From IMG/VR virus record IMGVR_UViG_3300005326_000292, positions 1-24,644 of that record: a stretch of 24,644 nucleotides of DNA; one strand, given 5' to 3'. A program made the translations under genes and the position numbers. Source of the stretch: a virus. Its lineage: Duplodnaviria > Caudoviricetes. The notes under the pieces were generated by a model that did not search any database, was not told where the DNA came from, and was given only the letters and a program-made list of their open reading frames with translations. Position 1 is the stretch's first letter. Every line of letters starts with the position of its first letter. Of the stretch, positions 8,060 to 17,128 are shown piece after piece.

Positions 8060-8899
8060 ATGAAACTAAGCATGGAAATGGTTAGAGAGATAAAAGAAAC
8101 TGAATTTGATGATCCAACAATACAAAATTTATGCGAGGATTGGCTATCCCTCTATACCGAGAATGAGCAATTGAGAGCGCAGCCATTATACACACAGGAT
8201 TGCAGGATGCTACTGGATGGAGCTATACAAGGGCATGAGGCAGCTATAAGGGAGGTAGAGCAACTACGGCAGCGAGAGGCAGCTTATAGGGAGGCTTCCG
8301 CAAAGGCAATTGAAATGTTACAAGATATGGTTGACGTAGCCAATACATGTGGTTCGGCTTATTTGTACAAAAGAGATACAGAAAAAGTGACAAAATTGAT
8401 TGAAGCCCTCTCCGCTCCTGCGCCGGAGTATCACAACACGAAAGATGCGGGGAATTACAGATATTCTTGGAAATATACGGAAGAAGAAAGGCCGTGCGGA
8501 GAATATGGAAAATGTTACGACTGCGGAAGTCCTTATGGTACATTTCCAGACATGATTCTACCTAACGAGTTATGGGAGTTAATAAATCCGTCAACCAATA
8601 AAGGCTCAGGATTGCTTTGCCCGACTTGTATTGCCAACAGATTGGATTTCATAAATAAATGGTACGAAACAGGGATGTATATGCTGAAAAATAGCGATTT
8701 TCCATATCACAATCCAGAGGATGTAAAGGCATTGAAGATGGCAAGAAAAGCGTTAAAACAAGTTATGACACACATGGAGAGAGTCCATAAACTGATGGAT
8801 GAATACGTATTGTTGTACACACCACATATTAAGGTTGGGGAAGTTAAGGCGTGGGAAGATGCCATAGCTGCTATTGATGCATTGGGGGTGGAGGAATGA
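8060..8899 (+). CDS. Mosaic phage protein (coiled coil plus internal CxxC...CxxC module)
   Basis: Strong RBS; ENEQLR/EVEQLR heptads; CYDC...LLCPTC. Confidence 0.75.
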   Translation: MKLSMEMVREIKETEFDDPTIQNLCEDWLSLYTENEQLRAQPLYTQDCRMLLDGAIQGHEAAIREVEQLRQREAAYREASAKAIEMLQDMVDVANTCGSAYLYKRDTEKVTKLIEALSAPAPEYHNTKDAGNYRYSWKYTEEERPCGEYGKCYDCGSPYGTFPDMILPNELWELINPSTNKGSGLLCPTCIANRLDFINKWYETGMYMLKNSDFPYHNPEDVKALKMARKALKQVMTHMERVHKLMDEYVLLYTPHIKVGEVKAWEDAIAAIDALGVEE

Positions 8900-9201
8900 G
8901 CCTGATAAAACAAATATGCGAAACATGTAGGTATCACATCAATTCAAACGCCTCATGGCCTTGTGTAGAATGTTCTTCTCGTGATAAGTGGAAAGCTGCG
9001 GAGGATATCCGAGTAAGTACGAAGAAACTCATAAATTTGGAGGCTGAACTTGACCACCATAAGCGGGAGGCAGAAAAGATACCGAAGATGTGCAGAGATT
9101 GGGACAATTATAATTGCATATGTGAGATTGATAATAAGCTCAAAGAAAAATACTGCCCGCAAATCTGCCCGAAATATCGAGGGGAGAAGGTGGAGAAATG
9201 A
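8896..9201 (+). CDS. Cys-rich hypothetical phage protein
   Basis: CETCRY...PCVEC...KW; ATGA overlap. Confidence 0.65.
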   Translation: MSLIKQICETCRYHINSNASWPCVECSSRDKWKAAEDIRVSTKKLINLEAELDHHKREAEKIPKMCRDWDNYNCICEIDNKLKEKYCPQICPKYRGEKVEK

Positions 9202-9347
9202 AGATAAAGCTTGTATTAACACGGACAGAATACGATCCCGTTACCGCATGGACGGCGATTAAACTAATTGAGGTTGAAATCCCGCTTGACAAACAGGATG
9301 GATGGCAGGTTATAGGGGCGGAGTGGGAGAAGGTGAAACATGAATAA
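9198..9347 (+). CDS. Small hypothetical protein (49 aa, MKIKLVLTRTEYD...GWQVIGAEW)
   Basis: Manually translated; ATGA overlap and RBS; TAA 9345-9347. Confidence 0.6.
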   Translation: MKIKLVLTRTEYDPVTAWTAIKLIEVEIPLDKQDGWQVIGAEWEKVKHE

Positions 9348-9495
9348 GGTACCAAAGTGTAGGGGGTGTGAATTCTATAATTGCCTACATGGAAGAATAA
9401 CGTCCCGTATTTGCAAAAACGTATGGAAACCTATAACAATGCAAGAGGCAAAGACAAGCCCGAAGTGGTGCCCGAAAAGGAAGGTGGGCCCTTGA
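9340..9495 (+). CDS. Small Cys-rich protein (51 aa, MNKVPKCRGCEF...TSPKWCPKR)
   Basis: Manually translated; AAGGTG RBS; CxxC and PxWCP motifs common in phage mini-proteins. Confidence 0.6.
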   Translation: MNKVPKCRGCEFYNCLHGRITSRICKNVWKPITMQEAKTSPKWCPKRKVGP

Positions 9496-9893
9496 ACTGG
9501 ACAGAGCAGGAATACGAGGAATATCTAAACAGGACAGGCAAAGCAAAACCGCCGGAGCTGGAGAAGAAACCAAAGTACAGAAACAACCGGGTAAAAGTGG
9601 ACGGAATTCTTTTCGACAGCCAGTTAGAAGCAGATTATTACAGCGACTTAAAGTTGCAGCTTCACGCCGGAGTACTCGCGGGATTCTGCCGACAGCCTGT
9701 GTTCATCCTCCAGGAGGGATTGGGCGAGGTAAGGCCGATCACATACAGGGCAGACTTCATTGTGTTTCACCTTGATGGGACGTACGAGATCATTGATACA
9801 AAAGGATTTGAGACAGAGGAATTTCACCTAAAACAGAAAATGTTCTTTAAAAAGTTTCCGAGGCTGGAATTGAAGGTAGAGGGGTGCAAATAG
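9492..9893 (+). CDS. DUF1064 family protein (putative phage endonuclease)
   Basis: KYRNNRVKVDGILFDSQLEA...QPVFILQ...YRADF...DTKG; probable TTG start at 9492 overlapping the previous stop. Confidence 0.85.
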   Translation: MNWTEQEYEEYLNRTGKAKPPELEKKPKYRNNRVKVDGILFDSQLEADYYSDLKLQLHAGVLAGFCRQPVFILQEGLGEVRPITYRADFIVFHLDGTYEIIDTKGFETEEFHLKQKMFFKKFPRLELKVEGCK

Positions 9894-9900
9894 GGAAAGG

Positions 9901-10104
9901 ATGGGGGATATGGGCATATACGAGGAAAGAGAAAAAGAGCAAAAGGAATTTGAAGAAAAGTACGGACATCCAATGCATTATATACATATTCCATGCAAGG
10001 GATGTGGGCGTGTAAGGGTTGAATTATGGACATCTGAGAAAAAGATTTGTGAGAAATGCCACCTTAACCAAGACACGATGGAATATGAGCCAGTGCAGTA
10101 TTGA
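9901..10104 (+). CDS. Small Zn-binding hypothetical protein
   Basis: CKGCGRVRVE...ICEKC. Confidence 0.6.
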   Translation: MGDMGIYEEREKEQKEFEEKYGHPMHYIHIPCKGCGRVRVELWTSEKKICEKCHLNQDTMEYEPVQY

Positions 10105-10123
10105 GGCGCAGGAAGGGGGATGT

Positions 10124-10372
10124 ATGGAACAGTATGATATATTCGGTGGCGTATCAGAACCACCAGAGAAACCAAGGCCAAGCAAGAAGTTTAAAACCAT
10201 GCAGGAACAGTATGGAATATGGGATAGCGAGACATGCAAGACCTGCGGGCATTTGGTGTTTAACCGATACAATAAAGTTTACTATAAGTGCGAATTATGG
10301 CACCAAAGCAATTGCACATCAACGGATATAAGGCTGAAAGATAAGGCGTGTAAGAAGTGGATACCGGGCTGA
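10124..10372 (+). CDS. Cys-rich hypothetical phage protein
   Basis: MEQYDIFG...CKTCGH...YYKCEL...DIRLKDKAC; RBS before ATG 10124. Confidence 0.65.
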   Translation: MEQYDIFGGVSEPPEKPRPSKKFKTMQEQYGIWDSETCKTCGHLVFNRYNKVYYKCELWHQSNCTSTDIRLKDKACKKWIPG

Positions 10373-10401
10373 TCGAGAGCGGATGAAGGGGGAGTTGAGG
10401 G

Positions 10402-10647
10402 ATGCACAAGATAAAATATTGTAAGCTATGCGGATTACTGATAATAGGGCGAAGCTGCCGGAATGAGAAGTGCAAGAAGCACATAGAAGGGACGGAATCG
10501 GCTACGTTTAAGCAGACAGAATACATACAGGTTCTTGCGGAAAAACTGGGCGAGGAATACGACACAAGGGCAATGACCAAGAATGCGGCGGGTGAGCTGA
10601 TAGAGGAATTGCTGGAAAGGGTGGAAATTGGAGGGGATGACCAATGA
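10402..10647 (+). CDS. Hypothetical phage protein
   Basis: CKLCG...C...C followed by ATFKQTEYI...MTKNAAGELI. Confidence 0.65.
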   Translation: MHKIKYCKLCGLLIIGRSCRNEKCKKHIEGTESATFKQTEYIQVLAEKLGEEYDTRAMTKNAAGELIEELLERVEIGGDDQ

Positions 10648-10790
10648 CACAGCGCGGGGTTGATGTACTACGGCGATGGGTAAACCGGAATTGTCCTAGA
10701 CTAAACAGCAAGATACTATGGTGCAGCGAATGCACACTGTACATAAAAGGGTGTACGCATCCAAAAAGGATAAAGGGGGGAACAAGATGA
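10644..10790 (+). CDS. Small Cys-containing protein (48 aa, MTQRGVDVLRRW...CSEC...CTHP)
   Basis: Manually translated; ATGA overlaps at both ends, coupling it to maf. Confidence 0.55.
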   Translation: MTQRGVDVLRRWVNRNCPRLNSKILWCSECTLYIKGCTHPKRIKGGTR

Positions 10791-12583
10791 AGCATCAAGG
10801 TAATCCATACTATTCTGCGAATATGCAATCGTTACAACGTTACTATCCCTATGTGGCAAGGATAATACAAAAAGCGGACGATTTCCACGGCAAATACGAT
10901 GGAATGATCCTACAAGAGATCGATGATATATTTGATTCAATGAAATCATTGACCGCACAGCTTTCCGTATTCCTGGGATTTGGACTTGGAAATGAGGTTT
11001 TACGTTTCATGACGAAGCACGCCAAGAGAATCGATGGGGTATATATTTTAATCATCGAAAAGGATGTTTCGTTACTTAAAGCCGCCATGAAGTCACGAAA
11101 TCTAACAGAATTATTCCAGCACAAATATGTCCGGTTTATTGTGGGAGAACCAATCGAAAATTTGTTTTCCATCTTTCAGGCTTATTTGCAGCAGGAAAAC
11201 AAATATATGTTTTTGCGATCCGTGAAACCGATTTATGGCAAAGAAAGCGATGATTATTATGTTGAGGCATGGAGGACTTTCAAGGAAGCAGCGAAATACA
11301 CCATAATGAACTATGGAAACGACCCAAAAGATAGCTTGATCGGCGTTGAAAACATGTTGTCAAACGTCAACGTCATCATCAACAATCCTGGAATCAATTT
11401 ATTAAAGAATCAGTTTACCGGAAAACCTGCGGTGGTTGTTTCGACAGGCCCAAGCCTGGACAAGAACAAACATTTGCTTCATGGGCTGGAGGATAAGGCT
11501 GTGATTATCGCCGCAGATTCTGCGCTGAAGCCATTGCTGAAAATCGGTATCAAGCCCCACCTTGTAACCGCACTGGAGAGGGAAAAAGAGATTGTACAAT
11601 TGGTTGATGGACTCACCGCAGATGAAGTAAAAGACGTTTATTTAGCCGCGTGCCCGGTGGTTTATAACGAAGTCTACCAGGCATGGCCGGGTAAGAATAT
11701 TATCACTTACAGGAATTTTGACCACTTCAAATGGCTGAAAATCGACCGGGGGATACTGGACATCAAGTCGTCTGCTGGGAACATGGCGTTCAAAGTGGCG
11801 GAATATCTAGGGTGCAATCCAATTATTCTAATCGGTCAAGACCTTGCGTTGGCGGGCGAAAAGACAAACGCGGAAAACACCCCATTAGGAACCGAACAGG
11901 TCAGCTATTTACGGGAAATGCGGTACAAGGTCAAGGGGAACGTTGAAGATGAAGTCACCACCACCGCAAGCCTGAAACTATTCCTGAATTCATATATCGT
12001 AGACGTAGCGCAGTACAAGGGAAGGTGTATCAACTCCACGGAGGGCGGGGCATACATCGAAGGCACAAAGGTTATGCCGTTTGCCGAATCCATCATGAGG
12101 TTTATCAAAGAGCCGTTTAATCCACTGGAAAAAATCAAGTCCATCTTGGACACGTTCATCCCGGAAGAAAAAGCGGCGGAAAACGTATTATCCATTATCG
12201 ACAAGACCATTGATTCATTCAAAAAAATGTCTGACTTATGCAGCGAAGGGATGAAGATGTACGATGATCGCGCCGAGGAAATCAATCAATACGTCAAGGA
12301 ACCTGACTTTGAAAAGATGGAAAAAATCATGGCGCCGTTGCTGAAAATAAAAAATCAAGTCATTGGACTAGACCCCAGTAACTTCCAGCTTTTTTATGCA
12401 CATATAGCTCAAGCCTTTTATCTGAATCACGAACTGGAATTATGCAAGCAGTATGATCTACTGGAACCTGACACAGCTAGGGCGGAGATATTGAAACGGC
12501 AAAGAGAATGGTTTGAAATCATAGACGGCGTTGCAAAAGTATGCGTACAGGTATTGGAGAAAGGGAGGGAACAAATATGTTAA
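10787..12583 (+). CDS. maf: Motility-associated factor (Maf, DUF115/MAF_flag10) nonulosonate protein glycosyltransferase
   Basis: FLGFGLG N-terminal motif; PAVVVSTGPSLDKN; IIAADSAL...GIKPHLV; YLGCNPIILIGQDLA; INSTEGGAYIEGT; helical C-terminal region; about 598 aa from ATG 10787. Confidence 0.9.
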   Translation: MKHQGNPYYSANMQSLQRYYPYVARIIQKADDFHGKYDGMILQEIDDIFDSMKSLTAQLSVFLGFGLGNEVLRFMTKHAKRIDGVYILIIEKDVSLLKAAMKSRNLTELFQHKYVRFIVGEPIENLFSIFQAYLQQENKYMFLRSVKPIYGKESDDYYVEAWRTFKEAAKYTIMNYGNDPKDSLIGVENMLSNVNVIINNPGINLLKNQFTGKPAVVVSTGPSLDKNKHLLHGLEDKAVIIAADSALKPLLKIGIKPHLVTALEREKEIVQLVDGLTADEVKDVYLAACPVVYNEVYQAWPGKNIITYRNFDHFKWLKIDRGILDIKSSAGNMAFKVAEYLGCNPIILIGQDLALAGEKTNAENTPLGTEQVSYLREMRYKVKGNVEDEVTTTASLKLFLNSYIVDVAQYKGRCINSTEGGAYIEGTKVMPFAESIMRFIKEPFNPLEKIKSILDTFIPEEKAAENVLSIIDKTIDSFKKMSDLCSEGMKMYDDRAEEINQYVKEPDFEKMEKIMAPLLKIKNQVIGLDPSNFQLFYAHIAQAFYLNHELELCKQYDLLEPDTARAEILKRQREWFEIIDGVAKVCVQVLEKGREQIC

Positions 12584-13380
12584 AACTAGGTATTATCGGA
12601 ATTTCGGAAGGTAACGGACACCCATATTCATGGGCGGCAATATTCAACGGTTATAACCCAGATGCATATTGCCTATATCCAGAAATTGTTGAATATCTGA
12701 GCAAACACAAAGGTGAATGCATACAAGGCGCAATGGTGCGAGGGGTGTGGACACAAGATTTTGACGAAACACTTAAAATAGCTGAATTTGCAAAAATTAA
12801 TGGAGTATACGCCACGACATATATGTATGGCATGAAAGAACTGGATGCTATTCTTCTCGCCCGTGACGATGACACGCATTACGACCTTGCCAGGCCATTC
12901 CTTGAAGCTGGATTGCCCATATACATCGACAAGCCTTTAGCCTATGCGGTCAAGGAAGCAAAAACAATCTACGGCCTTGAACAGTATCCCGGACAAATCT
13001 TCACATGTTCTGCGTTACGATACGCAAGGGAATTCCAGATTGACCCCGCTATTATAAAAGATGTTGACCTGATCGAGGGGATAGTGCCGAAGGACTGGAA
13101 AAAGTATGCCGTTCACGTTATCGAACCCGCTTTGTTGATGCGGGGAAATCTTAAAATTCCCATGGTATTCCACGCCAACAGAGAGGGACCTATCAGAATT
13201 ATTCTACGCAGAGGAAATAAGGATGATATCACATTGACCTTTGAAGATAGTTTTTCATGCTTCAAAAGCGCATTACAGGAATTTGTTGACATAGTAAACA
13301 GGAAAGAAAACCCAATCAAAAGGGACTTTGTAATGGAGGTTGTAAGGATCATCGAAAACGGGGAGGGTAAACCGGTATGA
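12577..13380 (+). CDS. Gfo/Idh/MocA family oxidoreductase
   Basis: KLGIIG...NGHPYSW; DAILLARDD..H; GLPIYIDKPLA; CSALRYA; YAVH. Confidence 0.8.
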   Translation: MLKLGIIGISEGNGHPYSWAAIFNGYNPDAYCLYPEIVEYLSKHKGECIQGAMVRGVWTQDFDETLKIAEFAKINGVYATTYMYGMKELDAILLARDDDTHYDLARPFLEAGLPIYIDKPLAYAVKEAKTIYGLEQYPGQIFTCSALRYAREFQIDPAIIKDVDLIEGIVPKDWKKYAVHVIEPALLMRGNLKIPMVFHANREGPIRIILRRGNKDDITLTFEDSFSCFKSALQEFVDIVNRKENPIKRDFVMEVVRIIENGEGKPV

Positions 13381-14000
13381 ACATGTTATTGACAGGCGGC
13401 ACGGGACTGATAGGAAGCGTTATAAAAACGGAATTAGAAAGGCAAGGGCATGGAGTAATAAATCTGGCACGTGGGAAAATGGAGCTTTTTATTAAAGGCA
13501 AATTTGATGGACTAGGAAATGTTGACACCTTCATCCACTGCGCCCGTGATCGCAAATACCTTGAATCTGCCAGCCGCGAAAACTGGGTGGGAGAATATAT
13601 AGTTGACGTGGTTGCAGCCTATGAAATATCTATGATGCTGAATGAGTTATGCCCGTCACTCAAAAATATCATCTTGATTTCCAGCGCATACGGTATCCGT
13701 CCGGCGAATCCCAAGATCAGCAACAGTCCGATTCATTATGGCGTTGCAAAAGCAGCCCAAATTCATCTAGCAAAGGAATTGGCGGTCAGGCTTGCGCCGA
13801 AAGTGCGGGCGAACTGCATTTCGTATGGTGGCGTGGAATCGGACAGGAACACAGAGGAATTCAAGCAACAGTACAGCAAAAATGTCCCATTGGGCAGAAT
13901 GGCAACAACGAACGACCTGTTTCACGCAGTAGAGTATATTTTGAACAACGATTATATTACAGGACAGAATTTGGTTGTAGATGGCGGAATGACAATATAA
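13377..14000 (+). CDS. SDR family oxidoreductase (PtmA-like)
   Basis: TGGTGLIG; ISSAYG; YGVAK (YxxxK); VPLGRMA; YITGQNLVVDGG. Confidence 0.88.
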   Translation: MNMLLTGGTGLIGSVIKTELERQGHGVINLARGKMELFIKGKFDGLGNVDTFIHCARDRKYLESASRENWVGEYIVDVVAAYEISMMLNELCPSLKNIILISSAYGIRPANPKISNSPIHYGVAKAAQIHLAKELAVRLAPKVRANCISYGGVESDRNTEEFKQQYSKNVPLGRMATTNDLFHAVEYILNNDYITGQNLVVDGGMTI

Positions 14001-14012
14001 CGGAGGGATAAT

Positions 14013-14237
14013 ATGAAAAAATACAATGATAATCCTATCACATCAGACACAGTACAATATATTTGTTTGTGGCACAAAGAGGGCGAGAGCATTAATGAAA
14101 TAGCTGCAGCAATGTACAGGAAGGTTGAAGACGTACAGGAAATTCTACGCCGCGCCATGGCAACAGGGTATTGTGACGGGGTAAGCAAAATGTGCGCAGA
14201 CGGGTATCATGGGCTGAAAATGAAGAAGGGGGCGTGA
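14013..14237 (+). CDS. Small phage HTH-like protein
   Basis: GESINEIAAAMYRKVEDVQEIL; GGAGG RBS. Confidence 0.6.
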   Translation: MKKYNDNPITSDTVQYICLWHKEGESINEIAAAMYRKVEDVQEILRRAMATGYCDGVSKMCADGYHGLKMKKGA

Positions 14238-14390
14238 TTATTTTTGTTCGGATTGTTCAAGGAGTTTTCTCATAGTGGAAACAATAAGGCTATTCATGGA
14301 TCGGTCATCTTTTTTTGCCAATGCCATAATTTTTTCCTTCATCCCTTTGGGGAAATTCACAGTTACAGACTCAACATTGTCTGACTTCAT
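14238..14390 (-). CDS. Arc-family ribbon-helix-helix DNA-binding protein (50 aa)
   Basis: Manually translated: MKSDNVESVTVNFPKGMKEKIMALAKKDDRSMNSLIVSTMRKLLEQSEQK; beta-strand VTVNFP plus A...RSMNS.IV Arc signature; GAGGTG RBS; not in the ORF track. Confidence 0.82.
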   Translation of the reverse strand: MKSDNVESVTVNFPKGMKEKIMALAKKDDRSMNSLIVSTMRKLLEQSEQK

Positions 14391-14419
14391 GGCTACACCT
14401 CAAAAACAATAGTAAAAAC

Positions 14420-14472
14420 AGTATACCATAGTTAAAATATAATTTGCAAGAATTCATGAAAAATGATACAAT
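14420..14472. promoter_or_regulatory. Divergent sigmaA-type promoters sharing a palindromic -35 (TTGCAA, 14444-14449)
   Basis: + strand: TTGCAA-17 nt-TACAAT (14467-14472) with TGn extension; - strand: TTGCAA-18 nt-TATACT (14425-14420) with TGn extension; AT-rich gap. Confidence 0.65.
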
Positions 14473-14544
14473 AAGGCTATAAAAGTTATGGTACTTTACA
14501 TTGATAATTACGGCAATGTTAAATAAAAAGGGTGGGGTGATACA

Positions 14545-15375
14545 TTGCAATACAATGTTTTAATTGTAGGGGCAGGGGCAAAAGGGGCTTTATGTGATGC
14601 ACCAAATACGGAAAATTCCCATAAGTACATTTCATATGCACATGCGGTAAAAGATCATCCGGGATTCAATTTAGCAGGGTTTTACGACAACGACATTTCA
14701 AAAGCCGAAATTGCAACGCAAATATGGGGCGGAAATGTACATGATCAGATTCAAAATGATTATGACGTAATTATCATTGCGACACCGGATGCAACCCATT
14801 ATAATGTGCTGAAACTTCTTTGCGAAAGATATTTTGAATACCCGCGTCTTGTCATCTGCGAAAAGCCTATATGCACAGACTTACGCCAAGCCTATGAAAT
14901 TATAAACCTGTATGAGAAAAAAGGGATACCGATTTTATGCGACTATACAAGGAGATTTATACCGGAGTATAGGCAGATGAAGGCCGAAATTGATTTCGGG
15001 AAAGCGGGAAAGTTCCTGAAAGGTTATTGTTGCTTCAACAGGGGAGTTTATCACACAGCAAGTCACTTCATAGACCTGGCGCTATGGTTCAACGGAAACA
15101 TGGACAACATCATTATCCAAGAAGTCCCAACAGAATATAGATGGGTGTTTCAATGGGGGATGTTCTATGAGAATGAATTTTACTCTGAACACGCAGTAAA
15201 TTTTGTGAAGAATCCAAGAGTTGACACGGTGTATGACAGACACCTATATTTTGTCATGGAAAATGCCTGGAATTACCTTGAAGGCAAGGAACCGCTAATA
15301 TGTACCGGAATGGATGCGGTGAAAGCCTTGGAGGTATGCGATAGATTTACGGGGGAAAGGATGGAATGTGAATGA
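14545..15375 (+). CDS. Gfo/Idh/MocA family oxidoreductase
   Basis: VLIVGAGAKG; DVIIIATPDATH; VICEKP; YTRRF; HTASHFIDL; TTG start with RBS. Confidence 0.88.
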   Translation: MQYNVLIVGAGAKGALCDAPNTENSHKYISYAHAVKDHPGFNLAGFYDNDISKAEIATQIWGGNVHDQIQNDYDVIIIATPDATHYNVLKLLCERYFEYPRLVICEKPICTDLRQAYEIINLYEKKGIPILCDYTRRFIPEYRQMKAEIDFGKAGKFLKGYCCFNRGVYHTASHFIDLALWFNGNMDNIIIQEVPTEYRWVFQWGMFYENEFYSEHAVNFVKNPRVDTVYDRHLYFVMENAWNYLEGKEPLICTGMDAVKALEVCDRFTGERMECE

Positions 15376-16493
15376 GTATAGGCAAAGAGGAACGCGAAGC
15401 TGTACTGAGAGTAATGGATAGGGGGGTATTATCGGGTTACAGGGGTTCATGGGGCGATTGGTTCTATGGTGGCGAGGAAGTGCAGGCTTTAGAGAAGGAA
15501 TGGGCTTCATATTTTGGCGTTAAGCACGCTATCGCTTGCAATTCTGCAACATCTGGTTTGTGGATTGCGCTGGCGGCTACCGGGCTTACGTCACCTTATG
15601 ATTGGTCGCACAATCTTAATTCAGATGTAAATGGATGTGATGAAATTATAGTGACCCCATGGTCAATGACTTGTTCTGCGTCCATGCCGTTACATTTTGG
15701 TGCTGAACCGGTATTTGCAGATATAGAACCTGATTACTTTTGCCTTGACCCAAAGAGCGTAGAGGAACGCATTACGCGATACACAATGGCGATTCTGGTG
15801 GTTGATTTATTCGGGATGCCTTATGATGCAGATGCCATTAATGCCATTGCAGAAAAATACAGTAAAAAATATAAGCATAAAATCTATGTGATAGAGGACG
15901 CAGCGCAAGCGTGCGGGGCGACATACAAAGGAAAATATGCCGGAACACTTGGGGATATCGGTGTATACTCCTTGAACGTCCATAAGCACATCCAATCTGG
16001 CGAGGGCGGAATCGTTGTCACGGATAATGATGAACTGGCTTTCAAAATCCGTTTAAGCATGAACCACTCCGAAGCTGTAATCAATAGTATGCCGGAAGAT
16101 GAAAATGTATGGAGCAGTTGCCTTGAACTTGTCGGAATGAATATGCGCATGACGGAGCTTTCCGCCGCAATAGCTCGCGAACAACTGAAAAAGTTGTCCG
16201 GTATCCTTGCTGTATATCAAGAGAACGCCAAGAATTTCCTTATCAAAATCCGTCCTGGATGCACAAGTGCGTTTTATAAATACGCATGGGTACCCAAGAC
16301 ACATGATGATGAACAATATCTAGCGTATCTTATGATGAATGCGCAAGATAAATTCAACTTCAAGAAGCATTACATAGACCCGATTTATACAATGCCATTA
16401 TTTTCCAACTTAGGTTATGACCCGCACCTTTGCCCGACATGCGAAGAAGTCGAAAAGGATATCGTTCTGGCATGGTTCCGGGAGGTAGTATAA
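15372..16493 (+). CDS. DegT/DnrJ/EryC1/StrS PLP sugar aminotransferase (PseC/LegC role)
   Basis: CNSATSGL; PVFADI; VIEDAAQA; SLNVHKHIQSGEGG (catalytic Lys); GMNMRMTELSAA. Confidence 0.93.
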   Translation: MSIGKEEREAVLRVMDRGVLSGYRGSWGDWFYGGEEVQALEKEWASYFGVKHAIACNSATSGLWIALAATGLTSPYDWSHNLNSDVNGCDEIIVTPWSMTCSASMPLHFGAEPVFADIEPDYFCLDPKSVEERITRYTMAILVVDLFGMPYDADAINAIAEKYSKKYKHKIYVIEDAAQACGATYKGKYAGTLGDIGVYSLNVHKHIQSGEGGIVVTDNDELAFKIRLSMNHSEAVINSMPEDENVWSSCLELVGMNMRMTELSAAIAREQLKKLSGILAVYQENAKNFLIKIRPGCTSAFYKYAWVPKTHDDEQYLAYLMMNAQDKFNFKKHYIDPIYTMPLFSNLGYDPHLCPTCEEVEKDIVLAWFREVV

Positions 16494-17128
16494 TGAATCC
16501 ATTCCTCTCCAGTGAACGCCTACACCTATACCAACTCACCCCGGACGATGCCGAAAGGTATTATACGCGCCTGAACGATCAGACTACAACAAAATGGATG
16601 CAGCAGGGCATATACCCTATGACGCTTGAAAGATGCAGGGAATACATACAAAACGTCAATGGCTTGCATTTGGCAATAGTCAGAAAAGGGGAAGAAAAAG
16701 AATCGGTAAAACAAGGAATTACAAAAATGACCGACACTTTAAAATCTATTTTTTCAATGCCAGATGACGTTCAAGACATAATCGAAGAATCAAAAAAGTA
16801 TTGTGATTGTCATATCGGAAACATTACATTATCCAACATCCACGGCACTTTCCGAACGGCTGAAATATCTATAATCCTATGGGACGAAAGGGGTAAGGGC
16901 TACGGCACGGAAGCAATTAAAACACTTGTCAGCCACGCATTCAACCGCATGAACCTAAACCGCATACAGGCCGGGGCAGTAGTAGACAACATAGGCTGCA
17001 TCAAAGCATTTGAGAAAGCAGGATTTACAAGGGAGGGGGTATTACGGGAAGCGTATTACTGTGAGGGGAGTTATAGGGATACGGTGATTATGGGAATTTT
17101 GAAAAGGGAATGGGGTGCTGTGAAATAA
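16493..17128 (+). CDS. GNAT (RimJ/RimL-type) N-acetyltransferase with an internal insertion of about 40 aa
   Basis: HIGNITL; RGKGYGTEA; NLNRIQAG; FEKAGFTREGVLRE; TAATG coupling at 16491-16495. Confidence 0.88.
   Translation: MNPFLSSERLHLYQLTPDDAERYYTRLNDQTTTKWMQQGIYPMTLERCREYIQNVNGLHLAIVRKGEEKESVKQGITKMTDTLKSIFSMPDDVQDIIEESKKYCDCHIGNITLSNIHGTFRTAEISIILWDERGKGYGTEAIKTLVSHAFNRMNLNRIQAGAVVDNIGCIKAFEKAGFTREGVLREAYYCEGSYRDTVIMGILKREWGAVK

Noticed and set aside
1198-9241. 14-bp repeat GAATACGATCCCGT at 1198 and 9228
   Set aside because: Only two copies, both within probable small ORFs (EYDPV), with no boundary role evident; likely chance
10787-12583. MptE (6-hydroxymethylpterin diphosphokinase) annotation of the DUF115 protein
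   Set aside because: The 600-aa three-part architecture and nonulosonate gene context fit Maf
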